63,476 nt of DNA, filler included, from Bigelowiella natans CCMP2755 (GCA_000320545.1; 5 parts of 5 records of this genome joined end to end with filler, not necessarily neighbours in it), one strand, 5' to 3'; positions 37,282-50,598 are shown, counted from the whole stretch's first letter. Made by a program: numbers and translations. Notes: generated by a model not told the origin, from the letters alone.

Positions 37282-38762
37282 GCATAGTAGTAACCTGTTA
37301 TGAACTAAGTAGTGTGAGCGGCCTTCAAATTTAAAAAGCGTTTGTGTCCTAAGGATCAATGAAGACTCGCTTTGCAAATTGAATGATTTAAAATAATATT
37401 GTTTGCAGTTAAAGGTCCCTATTACTCATCAATAGTGAGATGGTTTGTTTCCACACACATAAAATTCAGTATCATCGAACGCACGGAAATAGAGGTGAGT
37501 GGGAGCTAGAAATGTTTATCATCATCATGGTTTCATTGCTAAAGCAATCTAAGAATTAAGAATCTCCTTTGTATTTTGTTTTGTACGACAACTTGTTGCA
37601 CGCACATCTGTATCTGTGCGTCAATGCGTGCCTGTGTCACGTTTGCAATGCGCAAAAAAATGCACTGCATGCAACGAGTTTCAATTTTTTTCAAACAAAC
37701 ATGCATGCGCAGAGATGTGTAGCGATCCCCCTGTATGTGGGTCTAGATGACTAGGCTAGTAGGTGCAGCACCAAGCTACTAGAGTAGAGCATGAGAAAAA
37801 TAGCTGCATGATGGACGCAGCAATGTCATCTGCTGCATGCTAGCAATGCTAGAATGGCTGCTGTGTATGATAGACATGCAATACACAATGCATGTAACAC
37901 ATTGTGTGTAGTTTGTCTAGCTAGCTCCAAACATGGTGGCATGCCACTGACATAATGTGAACAAGGCAACAATCAGCTTCATCGCAGCAAAAGGGAGACA
38001 TGTTGATGGCTCAATGAGATGACGCTAGCTAGCTCATCTAGGACAAGCTAGCAAGGACACACTGCAAGACTAGAACACAGACCTTGTCACATGATGTCAC
38101 TGCTGTCACATTCACGGTGCTGCTCACTACTAGACTAGCTAGCTAGTTAGCTAGCCAAGTCTATTTAGGTAGCAACAACAATGGTAGCAGCTGCGTGGGC
38201 GTGAAATAAATCCGTTTGCGCCGTGCTTTTGTGGTGTGTGCCCAATGCTACCTGGATTCCGTGTCATGCCGTACAGTCATAGCAATTTGGACGTCAAATC
38301 ACATGCATAGCACATGTGCTACATTTGTGAAAGATTGGACTCTTCCTACTTGCTATGCATTGCATGCCAGGCAATCGACTCTAATCCATACTGAATTGTA
38401 TTAATACACTTACTTATTAACCGTATACTATTTCAATATCTGCAGTAACAACCAGCAACACGACGGTACCTTTTGGGTCAAAATCTTTATCTAATTTACA
38501 CGAGGAATCTTGCTAATAATTAGTTATCTGAAAACCTGAACACATGCATACCGTAGCCACCTCTTCGCGCGACACAATGAAATCATTAAAATCTTGGACA
38601 TCGTGGCAGTATTATAGTTGCTTAGATTGGCTACGTCACGCTGAGCTCCTTATCAACCATTCCCGGAATAATAGAGCAGGGGACGGATCTTACTTCTTAT
38701 TTTAGTTGTTTATGGTGGCCGCCTATGCAGTGTCTGTGAAGAAGGTACATGCGTACGAAGAA

Positions 38763-39464
38763 CTAGTCCTTGGGGATTTGTCCGCTGGTCACCTCATGAG
38801 CAGCGATCACTACCGATCGCAGTGCCAGGAGAGGCAACGCGTACGTCAGAATCCTTGCAATGCGGTCTATGTTGTCTAAGATGTACGACTGTTCCTTGAT
38901 TGCTGCCATTCTCGCATGATAAGAGCCTGCTTTGGCTGTTTCTGGAGAAGGAGGAGGGGGAGGAGGAGGAGGCGGTGATGAGGACGAGGACCCGAAGGAA
39001 GCAGGTGTTGCAGTGGTGGGGGCGGTGGCAGGGCGGCGTCTGGTATTGACAAAGGAAGACTGCAGCGATGAAGACGATAAAGGCGCTATCGATGAGGCCA
39101 CCCCGCCCCTTGCCTCTGCTTCGACTCTACCTCCTGAAACACCAGGCTGTGTGGGTATTGGGAGGGCTGACGTTTGCCTCACTGGAGGCTGCTGAGTGGT
39201 GACGGCTGCTGAGGAAGAGAGTGTGGTAGAGCTGTAATACGCGACCTCATTGGGAGAACTGTCGTTGCGGCCAGCATCAGCAGTACACCCAGCAATGGTA
39301 TCCGGAGGAGGTGGAGCAATGGAGTGTGATGATGTGCGCGAGGGGGGGGGATGGTCAGAAACAACTCTCACCGAGCTGTCTGCATTACTCACGTCTGCTG
39401 CTCTGGCCGTCATTGGGCTCACACCGCTCGTTGCTGCGCTCGGGGGCTGGGATGGCAATGAGGT

Positions 39465-39499
<35 letters not shown>

Positions 39500-40290
39500 G
39501 CGGTGGTGAGACAGCCAATATTACTGTTTCGTCATCATCAGATTTGCCTTGTACCACTTCCTCTTCGGTTGTGTCATCAGATATCATCGTCTGAGGGATG
39601 ATGCCGCCATCGTCCCCATTATCCTCACCTCCATACTTCCCACTCTCTATCTTGGCAAGGACACTTGCGTTCAGTAATGCGCCCTCATCGGCCATGGCAT
39701 TGCTGCGATTCTTAGCAGCTTCGTTTCTACGTTCTTCTTCAACCGAATAGCCAAGGATGATAGGTCTTTGCCGCTCATCTTTCTTATTCCTCTTCCTCTC
39801 CTCCTTCCCCTTGTCGTCGTCGTCCTCTTGACGAGGAAATAATGGAATTGATGTTCCGTATTTAATTCCTATGGGAACAGCAGTAGAGGAAGAAGCAGCA
39901 GAAACAGAAGAAGAAGAAGAAATGCCTCCTCCTCCTCCTCCTCCTCCTCCTCCTCCATCTCTCTCTTCTTTCTGCCTTTCCTCCGCATCATTCCCCTCCT
40001 CTCCCTCTCCCTTCTCCTCCTTCACACCTTTTCCTGTTTCATCCTCCCCTTTTTCTGTCCCCTTCTCCGCCCCCCCTTCTTTCGCCACTACTACAGCAAG
40101 TGTATCTTCATCGGCAAGAGGAGGGGCAGGAGGAGGATCGCTCCTTGCATCTTGCATCTCTACACTATCGATAGAAATAGCAGACGAATGCTCTTTGCCA
40201 CGCCCCTCCCCTTCCATCTGCTGCTGCTCCTCCTCAAGGCCAGTGATAGTTTCAGCAGTTGGGGGCCTACTAGTAATACTACCGCTGATG

Positions 40291-40321
<31 letters not shown>

Positions 40322-40893
40322 TGTTTTCTCCGATATTTTGGCGAATATCTCCATCACAATCGACGACATCGGCATACCTCGATGGTGATAATGATGATGA
40401 TGATGATGTTGTTGGTGTTGTTTCTTTGTCCGTCCACGTCGGGCGCAGCAAGCTCTTCTCCAGGGAGAGTGTTTGCAGCAATCCTTCCTGATAGGCCTGG
40501 CGAAGCATCGAGAGGACCACCAGCTCAAACCCAGGGATGGCAAAGAGGGATCTCGGTGCGGCAGCGGCAGCATTCATTCGCTCCTCTGCACTAGCTTCCG
40601 AGACAACAGCAGCAGCGACATCAGCAGGAACATGCGGCGGAGGGGGGGGAGGAGAAGGAGGGTCGTTTGCTAATGTTAACCTCTTCTCCTCATCATCATC
40701 CGCCGCATGTTCCTGCTGATGTCGCTGCTGCTGTTGTGTTTCCGTTTTCGGTTCTTTTCCTTCTTCTTCTCCTCCTCTCCCATCTCCACATGATATAGTA
40801 TCATCGGCGTCTGCTTGATGTGCAGCAGGACCGCTACTTTTCATCGTACCGGGATTGACACCTCCACTTTCTTCATTGACACTTATACTACGG

Positions 40894-40924
<31 letters not shown>

Positions 40925-40972
40925 AATCGCTAAAAACTTTACTACTATTGCTACTACTAATATTACTGCTGT

Positions 40973-41005
<33 letters not shown>

Positions 41006-41347
41006 AAGATTCTCTATAACTGCCCCCGACGTATACTTGCCGGTCATCGCCTTCGTCGTATTCTAATGATGATGGCTGCTGCTGCTGTACATTTATCGTC
41101 GCTTCCTCTTCAAAGAGCCCCTCCCCTTCTCCTCCTCCTCCTCCTCCTCCTCCTTCATTGGTTAAGTACGGAGGAAGTCCCATCAGCGAGTTGATTGGAT
41201 TCATATACCTAATTGTGGTGGTCATAACGACGAGCATGCAGGAAAGCAAGAAAGCAGCAGCAGCAGCAGCAAGTAGCAGCAGGGAACAATCTCATATCAG
41301 ACTCAGGATAATGAGGAATACGACTCCTACTTATACGCATATATATG

Positions 41348-41387
<40 letters not shown>

Positions 41388-43191
41388 TATAAAGCACATC
41401 CTGCTCCATCCAACCCTCTGCCCCCTCCTCCGCCTTGAGCCCTTCTTTGAGTGGCAATACATACCAACTAATATTCCCAGGATTTTTCATAAGGATTTCC
41501 ACCTCTTGCCTGAGCAGCGCGAGCTTCTTCCTGATAGCGTCGATATCAAACTTGCCGTCCCTCATGATGCTCCCCCCCACTCCCTCTGTCCACGCCGTCG
41601 CTGCTGAGTCGGAGGAGGAGGCGGGTGCGCCAGCATCATCGTCGCCTTTTGCCTCGAGTTTCTTCGGATTTGCCGAGGAGGGGGAGGGAAAGGAGGACGA
41701 CGATGCTGTAGCCCCGTGTACATGCTCGCCATCATGCTGTTCTGCCTCTTGCTGTGGACGAGGAGGAGCCTCTTCGTGGCCGTTATGGGGTTCTTCCATC
41801 GGCGGTGCTGCTCTAGAGACCCCTTCTTTGAGCTCCCGCAGCTGCCTTTGCATCTCCTCGATGAATTCTAAGTGTTGCCCTTGCGAGGATGATAACGACG
41901 ACGACGACGACGACGGTGATGATGGTGATGGTGATTGTGATGCGCCTTTCTCTCCTCCTTCACTACTTGCAGAGTCTTCGATCCGCATATCGGCGAAGAA
42001 TTGGCGAGCCGGGAGATCATCTTCCTGAGTTTCGATCTCACGCAGTGATGGATGGCCGATGACCGCAGTAGCACCCGAAATGGCGGATCCGCCGCCTTTA
42101 AATCGTATGTCTCTCTTGCTGTGGTGGCTGTGAATGCTGCTGCAGCTCCCTGGTGAGCTGCTACTCGTTCCGAAGAGGCGTTCTCCGCCTCCCGGGGCGG
42201 GCTGTTCAAAGCTCATTTCATCCTCCGCTCCTATCGTCGCCGCCTCCCTTCCGTCCTCTGGCTGCTCACTCGTTGTATCGATGCCGAGAGAGGGGATGAT
42301 GGTGACGCCTTGGCTCGCTCCTTTCACTGCGGAAACACCGTAGATTCCCGACATAGGACTGATATCAACCCCTCTCACTACTTTTATGATCTTATCCCTT
42401 GTATTCGGGGTGTTTCGCTTGAGGGTGGGGTCCAACTTATCGGCCAGCTTCCTCTCCCTCCTCGGCGGCGTTGCTGCTGCGAACGCGTGGAGGAGGTGGG
42501 CAGATGATGATGATGATGAAGTGCTGGTTGATTCGGGTTTGGATGCTCCAGTGCCAGTCGTATCAATGCCAAGAGCAGGGATTATAGCCACGCTCCTCCT
42601 TGTATTCGAGGTGTCAGTAGCAGTTGTAGCAGTAGTAGCAGTAGCTATTCGATCGGAGGACGATGATGGCGAGTTTGAGGAAGGCGTCGCCCCCATCTTC
42701 GTGTTGATCTCCTCCGGCCTCTTTACAATGCCCTTTACCGACACAGCGCTCAGCCCCTCCACCATCATCCGTTCGATCTCTCGAGGGTCTTCCGCCTTCT
42801 CAGAGGTGTCGATCCCGAGGGAGGGGACGATAAACACGCCGGAACGCGGTTTGGGAGACGCTTGTAGGCGAGAGTAGTCGGCAATGTCGTTTACTATTGG
42901 CTGTTGTCGTGCTACATCTCCTCGCAGCTGCTCCTCCTCGGCTGGGGTGTCACTTATCTCTTGTGGCGAAGTGGATTTGGCAGCGTTGGAAGAGGAGAAG
43001 GAGGAGGAGGAGGAGGAGGAGGCCTTCAAGGCCAATAGAGTTGAAACCAGAGCGGGGACTACATCAGAGTTTCGTCCACGCCCCACCTTCCTACCGTCTC
43101 CTGCGTCGTCCATTCCTTCAAAATAGCTACTTTGCAATTCTGATGAGGATGAGAAACATAAGATTGGGGAAGGGGGGGAGGGGAGGTGCAA
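38763..43191 (-). CDS. Very long Ser/Glu/Gly-rich low-complexity protein (two large exons, probably further upstream exons to about 43700)
   Basis: 660-aa and 828-aa ORFs can be joined across a (TA)n-containing intron (..KNPGNISW|YMNPINSLMG..). It has three IxP[SA]LGIDT motifs and a hydrophobic C-terminal segment IARILTYALPLLALRSVVIAA. Confidence 0.65.
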
Positions 43192-45290
43192 ATACGATTC
43201 CAGTCAAGACTTTATAATCTACCTTTGAAGCAAAACCAACGCACTTGTACATCAGTGGTAAAGGAGGGGTCGGGATGGATTGAAAGATGCCATGGAAAAT
43301 ATAGGAGGGAAAGAAACGAAAACCTTGCGCTGCAGTGCTAAGTCCTTTCTTGGTCGCCAAAGTTGTTGTTTTTCGATTCCACCTGAAATGTAGTATCCGA
43401 GTGAGATCGCAGTCGCTGCAGGGAAGGCAGTTCCGCACGGGAACATGTCTTTGTTCTTCTTCTACCGAGAGAATAAGAACAACACTCCACGCAAAGAGCA
43501 GTCGCTGGTAAACGATGCTGCGGGATTGTATATGGTTAATTCTGAAAACCTAATAATGCTGCCAGCTCCAGTAGAATCTGCGTGCTTCGCGCGAGAATTT
43601 GTAGAAGCAAACCTTGAATTCCCTCTTCGAACACCAACCTTCAGCGATACATCCCTTGCATATCGGTCGTAATAGACAGCCTAATATCCGAAACGTACGA
43701 TGATCAAAACTTGTAAGGAGGAGACGCGTCACATTTACTTACATTCTCCGCCTTGTTTCCATGGTTGATCGCTAGTAGTGCGAAAGAGAGCGATGCCAAC
43801 ACGAGCACAACCGCAACACGACCGGCTGAAACAGGATTGAAGTGTGAACGGAAGGAACACTAGGTGGTACATATCTATCTATACATTCGAAAATAAGAGC
43901 ATGATAGACAGTCCAACACCGCATTTTGGAACATTCCTGCGAAGGAGCGAAGACGACATAGATGACTATTCGTTCGATGCTTGCTTACCCGTCGAGAGGC
44001 TGTGAGAAGGTATAGCCCGGAAAAGAAACCGATCTCGAAGAACCCTTGAATTGCAATGGTAATCAATCCCGCGCCCTTGCGGTGGCCTCATGCCTTCTCC
44101 GAGATGGCGAGGCTCAGGGAGGGGGGTTGGCGTGGCTATCCAAGAGAAGTAACTCGATGGAAGATCTTTTTCGAAACTACTCGTATTTTGTACATAACAA
44201 AAACACAACTCGATTTCCCCTAAAAACACCAAACCTTCGGTGTCGCAAATACAAAACGAAAGGGATTCCTCGTCCTATTTGCGAAATCCGCCTGATGCGC
44301 CCACGCTTTTCAGCGAAATCGCAGGCGGTTTGGGGTCTAAAGTTCCAGGTACGACGTCGCAGATTAGCAAAGAGGAGAAAACGGCGGCGGAGAAAGGGCC
44401 TCGAAATATGGAAATCTCGAGAAGCGTTGCCGTTTATTTTTCGAAAGTTGTCGCGAATAATAAACGCCCTAAATCTAATCTGGTGACGCCCTTGTCCACG
44501 CGCGAGCACTCATTGTCATCTTTCTCTGCGCTAGTGACATTTCCGGAGTCAAGGTAGATCTACATGTCGAAACGTTCTAGAACGACGACCGTCGAGACCA
44601 GCATCCCTCTCTCCTTTTACATTGTCGATCGATCGGATTTGTGGAGGGGTGCAGTTTGGCTCCATGCGTTGTGTGTTCCCCTGTGCCGCCGTGAAGAAAT
44701 CAAATGAGCGGCGGAGCCAAAAGAAGTCGCCCCAATCCCAGTTGTAGTCTCGAGTGGTATGTCCCCAATTTGATTGGTGAACGTGAGACTTTAAAGAAAG
44801 GTGAGCGAGCATCATCGAAGGAGGATGGGGGAGGCATCAGTCATGTTGTGTCTCCCTCAAAAACAAGATGCTGGAATGGACTCTGTGAGGGCAAATTCAG
44901 TTTTGTTCTTTTGACATCCTAATTTCCCCTATGACATTGTTTTTACCGACGACCATAAGAATCGTTATGCCTTTGATTTTACTACGCATGCCGATGCGCA
45001 AATTTTGTGCCACTTTTTACCTTCACATTTCGGAAAGGTTCTCTGATTAAAACAGTTTTCATTTGTCACCTAACTTTTCAATGTCTCCACAGACTACTGA
45101 CGACCTCGAGGCAACTGGTCTGCGACATCTCCAAACTTGTGCGACCTATAGATCCTAGACGATATCTGGTCTCAAAAATATTCACAATACAAGCGAACGG
45201 AAAATGCATCCAGGGCGAGTATCTCTGAACGCCCGTTGCGTCTCGTCGCTCCTAGGGCGACGAAAGTTGTCCAAAAAACTGACAAAATTA

Positions 45291-46560
45291 TGGCTGTGAC
45301 AAACTTTCCTGTGCCGTTCTCCGACATGACAGTCATTTCTTCTCTGCCTTGTTCAGCGCTTCTGTCAATCTTTGGATTGTTTTTTGCATTTTTCGTGATG
45401 ATTTTTGAGCTGGAGTTGCAAGGTGGAATTCGCAGACTTTTTTCCCCTTTGTCATGCTTCTTTTCTTGCAAACATTTAGGATCATGGATGCGTCAGAACC
45501 TTTCTACTTGCCATGCGTGCAATTGGAATCAAGACACTAGCTGAAACTTGAACGTTTTCGAGTTCAACATGACAAGTCAAACGCGTGTGGTTGATTTTCA
45601 CCATTTTCAAGACGTGACTGCAAAAAATGAGTCTCCACTTGTGTCGATGCATTCCATCACACATGCACAACACAAGCTAACTAGCTAAGCAAGAGATGTG
45701 CAGGGTAGTCAAAGAAATCTTGGCTAACGGCCACCTCTAGACACCCTCTCTCGCAACCTCTAGCTGCAGCTGCACAGCAGAACGTGGCATGTGCACACGA
45801 TCAGCACTCGTCAGCGTGACCATTCTAGCATTGTCAGGCGCTGTGCGCGCTGAGGCTGTCTGCTGTGTGCTGAGGACATTGCACTTGACTAGTTGACACA
45901 GACGTCACTGCCTTGTGCACGAGCAACAATTTGTCTGATGACGATGTAATCGATGCAACAACCATCGCCGCATGCGCAAGTGAGAACAAAAATTGTGGCA
46001 TGTGGAGCTTGGGACTTGGGGACAAAAAATTTGCAAGCGCAGACCGCGGCAGGCAAACAAGTTTCGCTTGTGATCTCAACATGCTAGCACGGTTCGATGT
46101 CCGTCGAATGACAACATTTGTCTCGCTGGGGTGGCCTTTCACCATCTCATTCAGAAGTTCGTTCATCGGCACTGCTAGACTGGCCAGCTAGCTGCCATCG
46201 CATCTTCTCAGAATGCTGGAATGTCAAGATCGTCAATGAATGCTCCTCTCTAGCTCTCTTTGCAGCTGAACGACTAGATGAATGATGTGCTAAGCGTCGA
46301 AATGAACACGCGCCACCGAACATGCGAATCTGACCAATGCAACACCCTTTGAACATTGAACATTGACTTTTGAATGTCGTCAGGATTGAACAATGCAGGG
46401 AACAATGAACAATGAACAATGAAAAAAGCGTTGATCAAATCTACATGCGCCAGAACCACATGGGAGACAGGCGTTTGCATGCAGCAGAGCCTCAACAACA
46501 CTCGTTGCAAGGACTTGTCAGCACCCTGTTGGTGATGAGTTCTTTGCGGAAAAAGATTCG
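45291..46560. other. TpA-depleted, CTAG-retaining intergenic tract
   Basis: Manual count of 20 TA in about 1270 nt: 11 CTAG, 8 CTA or TAG half-sites, 1 other. Confidence 0.8.
46400..46460 (-). repeat. Dispersed ~65-bp repeat, copy 2
   Basis: The reverse complement reads TGTGGTTCTGGCGCATGTAGATTTGATCAACGCTTTTTTC followed by (TTCATTG)n, homologous to 4265-4330. Confidence 0.75.
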
Positions 46561-46739
46561 TTACGATGTTGCCTCAAAGCCCGGTTTTGGCTCATTTTTT
46601 TCAGAAACATTCAGTGGTTTTTGTCTCTGCGACAATAAAATGAACCTGACGCAGAAAAAATAGCGATTTCTAAGGATCTTGGCAACCGCTGCACAAAGGA
46701 CGTTCATTTTTCTGGTCTTAAGTCAAAGGCTGGAAGCTG

Positions 46740-47136
46740 ATGATACGGCCCCACTCTCTCGCCGTGAAAACTCAGCCACCTGTTATCTCTCTGCTGTACA
46801 GATATGTAATAAGGAAAAGGGGAAGGAGGGAATGCAAAATTGTGAAGTAATGCTGGGTGAGAACAGCGGAACTCTTTGACTCACATTGTCATTTAGGGCA
46901 AAGATGAAAAGCTACGTCTACATCACTTCGATGTGAATATCACAAGCAAATCTTCTGGTTGTAAATAAGTTAGCCTGAACGATTGAAACATCTTAACGTG
47001 AAATGTGATTTTCAAGGCTAGAAGTTAATTCTGAAACAAAAAATTAGAGTTAAAGTCACTAAATACTTCAGAAATAATACATACTCTTATGACCTATCAG
47101 TTTCATCGGCTTTTGTTTATGTATACTTGTGAGTGT

Positions 47137-47216
<80 letters not shown>

Positions 47217-47510
47217 GTGTATTATCTGTAGGATCTGATTTGGATGCCGAAGCAAGCAAACTATTGCGCTCCGAATACTTCAAAAATTTGAAAACAAGGC
47301 AGGTGCTACGTATGCTGCGAAAGCTAAAGGAAGGAATGGAGGTCCTTGCTATCACGGCCAAGAGCTCACCACTATCACAAATACATATAACAATACTCGC
47401 CTTTGTTTTGCTATCATAAGAAAATTTTACTCTCCTTTCCAACTACGTCATGAAAAGGGTGGTGACAAGGAGGAAAAGAATCTCAATACGGTGTCCGAAT
47501 CAGTATGGCT

Positions 47511-47587
<77 letters not shown>

Positions 47588-48093
47588 ATTCACCTCCCGG
47601 CCCGAAGCACGCACCCAGGGGAAGAGCAAGAGAAAGAGATAGAGAGGGATGAAGAGACAGAAAGAGGATGAGGGGAGTGGGAAGGAAGCTTTTTGACGAG
47701 ATATTTCTAAATTTAGGAGCTACGTAAGGCTAAGGAGGCCATGAATGTGGACTTTGTGAAGAATAAAGTTGCTTGATTAACAATTTCTATGAGATGACCA
47801 CGAATCCTTTTTCGATTTTTCTCTGCCAACAAATTTGATCTCCAACTGCGCATATCCACTGCCTCTTCCTCCCTCCTTTCCTACCATCTCTCTTGCCTCT
47901 CTATGTATCTACCATACTGTTGACCCATTCTTTTTCCACCTACCCTAATCCTTGTTCAAAGGTTGGATCGGACCATCCCGATTTTGAATACGACAAGCAA
48001 GTGGATTTCGGTCCAGCAGAGGATGATAACGACTGGGATGATGACCACGACCCCAATATGGAAGATGATTTCGACGATGATGACCCTTTTTGA
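46740..48093 (+). CDS. CEP19: Centrosomal/ciliary protein CEP19 homolog, multi-exon
   Basis: MIRPHSLAVKTQPPVISLLYRY / GKDEKLRLHHFD / SDLDAEASKLLRSEYFKNLKTRQVLRML / NLNTVSES / ELRKAKEAMNVDFVKNK / VGSDHPDFEYDKQVDF..DNDWD matches the CEP19 N-terminal PPxIxLxY and C-terminal LNK..EL.K.K..M...F.KN....DP.F.YD....F...WD pattern. Confidence 0.85.
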
Positions 48094-48242
48094 TGTCATT
48101 GAGATAAAATATATGCTTGCAAATAAATTTGCGAAGGCAATGGCGGGAGGTGCGAGATGGGCATGTGTGTCAGAACAATGTGGTGGAGAAACTTATCAAA
48201 CGTCGTTGCAATTTCACTGCATGGTGCAAGGATGGAGAAATA

Positions 48243-48929
48243 GCTGTGCAGCACGCGCATGTCTGCAGGAATCGCGTGATGTCATGTCATTGTTGTGATG
48301 GACGCAGTGCTTGCAGGCCACATGTTTTCCATCGGACGAACAAGATGTGCAATGTCCATCGTGCATCGACATTTCGTCATCATGCAGTCATCTTCATGCA
48401 CGCAGACATCGATCCATGCAAAATTGCACATCATGGAAATCTTGCCACACATGCAGAACATGCTGGCACGCGTGCGCAAGGAACAATGATCGATCTGAGG
48501 CGTGCGTGCCGCATGTGGGCTTGCAAGTGACCGGTGAATGCCAGCGTGCGCGGGTAGACGCGCGGCGACACTTTGCGATTCCAAGCTTAGCGGCATCGGC
48601 GTGCAGCCAGTGATGGTGATGATGGTGATGCAAGCCACTTGCATCACTTGCAAAATGCAATGCAACACGAAGCAATCTAGCAATGTGTGTGAATCAAAGA
48701 ATGATGAGTCGCAATGTCATGTCGATCATTGCTCGTGTCACGTCGCGTGCGTGTTCGCCTTTGATCCTGCATTGCTCTCGCATGCTTGTTCCATTGTTGA
48801 TGCAGCTAGGAGAAGCATTGGAGCTTGAAGGGGACAGCTCTTTCACTCTCCACGACCTCTGTGGACAAAATTCCAGATTGAAAACTTGGATGACAGCTCC
48901 AACCGATTTGGGCAATGAGCAGATTTTGG
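48243..48929. other. TpA-depleted intergenic tract
   Basis: Only 4 TA in about 690 nt (2 CTAG, 1 GTAG, 1 TTAG), with dense CATG and TGCA. Confidence 0.8.
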
Positions 48930-49527
48930 ATAAATTTTAATCGGTAGTACATCCAAAATACTTTTTTAGTTTTTGGTCACATCATCCTTTTTTGTTATTG
49001 GAAAATCGAAAATTTCCTAAAAATTAGGATCCGGGGAAATATCGTAATTCTTATGTCAGAGATAGTCGTCAACTCATCGAATGGATGTCCCCAACCCTGT
49101 AGCAGGGCCCCTCCCTCTCTGATCTTCTCTAGACAGCTGAGGGCCGACTTGCCTCCCAGTTTATAGATGCTCCACATAGGAACACAATCATGCCTCATGG
49201 CCCTTTTGCTGCTATCTGTGGCCAGCCTCAAAGAGGAGGTATACCTCACAGCATTCACGTTTATATGAGGAAGAGAGAGAGAGACAGAGAGAGATGGGCA
49301 TGGCCACTTGCTTCTCTGTCACACCCACCATCTCTGATAAGAATATTCTCAGCTTGCAAAATGCTATGTACATATCAGTCTCTGCTATTATCCATCATCA
49401 TCATCATCATCATGTTGATCTGTGTCAACTAGAACCCCCGCAGCAGCAGCAGCTTGGTGTTCGCCGAAGGGAGGTACAAGGAGATTGGGGGCAAAACACC
49501 CCCCCCCGCGCAGGGCCGCCACACTCA

Positions 49528-50243
49528 TGAAGAATCCGAAAGAAACGGTAGTAATGATTACGCGAGGCCGTGTTCTGTTATTCACCGATGCCTCACCGCG
49601 CCCTCCCTTGTATTCATCAGATCTCCGCGGCTCTAGCAGTCGTGGTCAGCGTCGTGCTAATAGCCGAGGAAGAACTAGCCATTCTCAACAAGAGCAACAG
49701 CAACAGTCACAGCATTTCCGCACCAGGGATGGACTGCAGCGGCCAATCAAGGAAGAAAAGGCAATGCCGACACCGCCTCGGCCGCCATCTTCCGCCAATG
49801 CGGCGCCCAAGCTTCAAAATCATCAATGGCACCGTCAGCGTGAGCTTCGAGCTGGGAAGAATGCCAACTCATCGTCTCCAAGAACTTCACCGTATTCGTC
49901 TCCCATGCCAGACATCCGGAGATATCATACCCCTCCCCGCGGCAGCAGCAGCATCAAAAGGGAGGGGGGCAATGGAAGGCAAGGTGTGGTTGATCATGAG
50001 CCCTCCATATCCCCAGCAACACAGGTAATTTCGCATTCCTCTCTCTTTTTGCCAATCAGAGCTTAAGAATGGTTTTTGGATAGATGACGTTCACTTTAAT
50101 CTTTCAACTCTTCTCCTACCTGACACTAATATTTCCACAACTTCTACAAAGACGATCTGCTGCATGCTGCTGAAGAGGAAGAAGATGATGATGATGTTGA
50201 TGATAATGTCGAATTAAGATACTCTTTCCCCATGCTCTCCTCC

Positions 50244-50286
<43 letters not shown>

Positions 50287-50598
50287 CCTCCTTCCCTTCA
50301 ACCTTTCATTTCCTACTAAGCTCATATATGCATGTGTCATCGATAAACACGGTATATGAATGCAGGAGTTGAGGGCTGACGTAAATCTCCCTGAGGACTT
50401 ACAGGAGAGGCTTATCAGAGAAAAGAGCACCGACAGGTAATAGTAGCCACCAGCAGATACTGCCCCAACTAATTTTCGATGACCTCTCCCCGTAAATGAT
50501 TGCTTCGATATATGAATTCGCAGAGTTACATGATGATGCAGTTGTGGGTCCGACAGATATAAAGCCAGATGACTATGACTTCCCCCAGTTGTCTTAAT
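49528..50598 (+). CDS. Hypothetical multi-exon protein, Ser/Arg/Pro-rich
   Basis: ORF 49422-50066 ends at a CAG|GTAATT donor. Later exons read ELRADVNLPEDLQERLIREKSTD and DIKPDDYDFPQLS*. Confidence 0.35.

Noticed and set aside
43875-44922. Possible small gene(s) between the low-complexity gene and the 45-kb tract
   Set aside because: Splice-like sites exist, but strand and frame could not be resolved and no motif was recognised.
48117-48940. Cluster of overlapping 60-137 aa ORFs on both strands
   Set aside because: This is a by-product of TAA/TAG loss in TpA-depleted DNA, with no domain signal.
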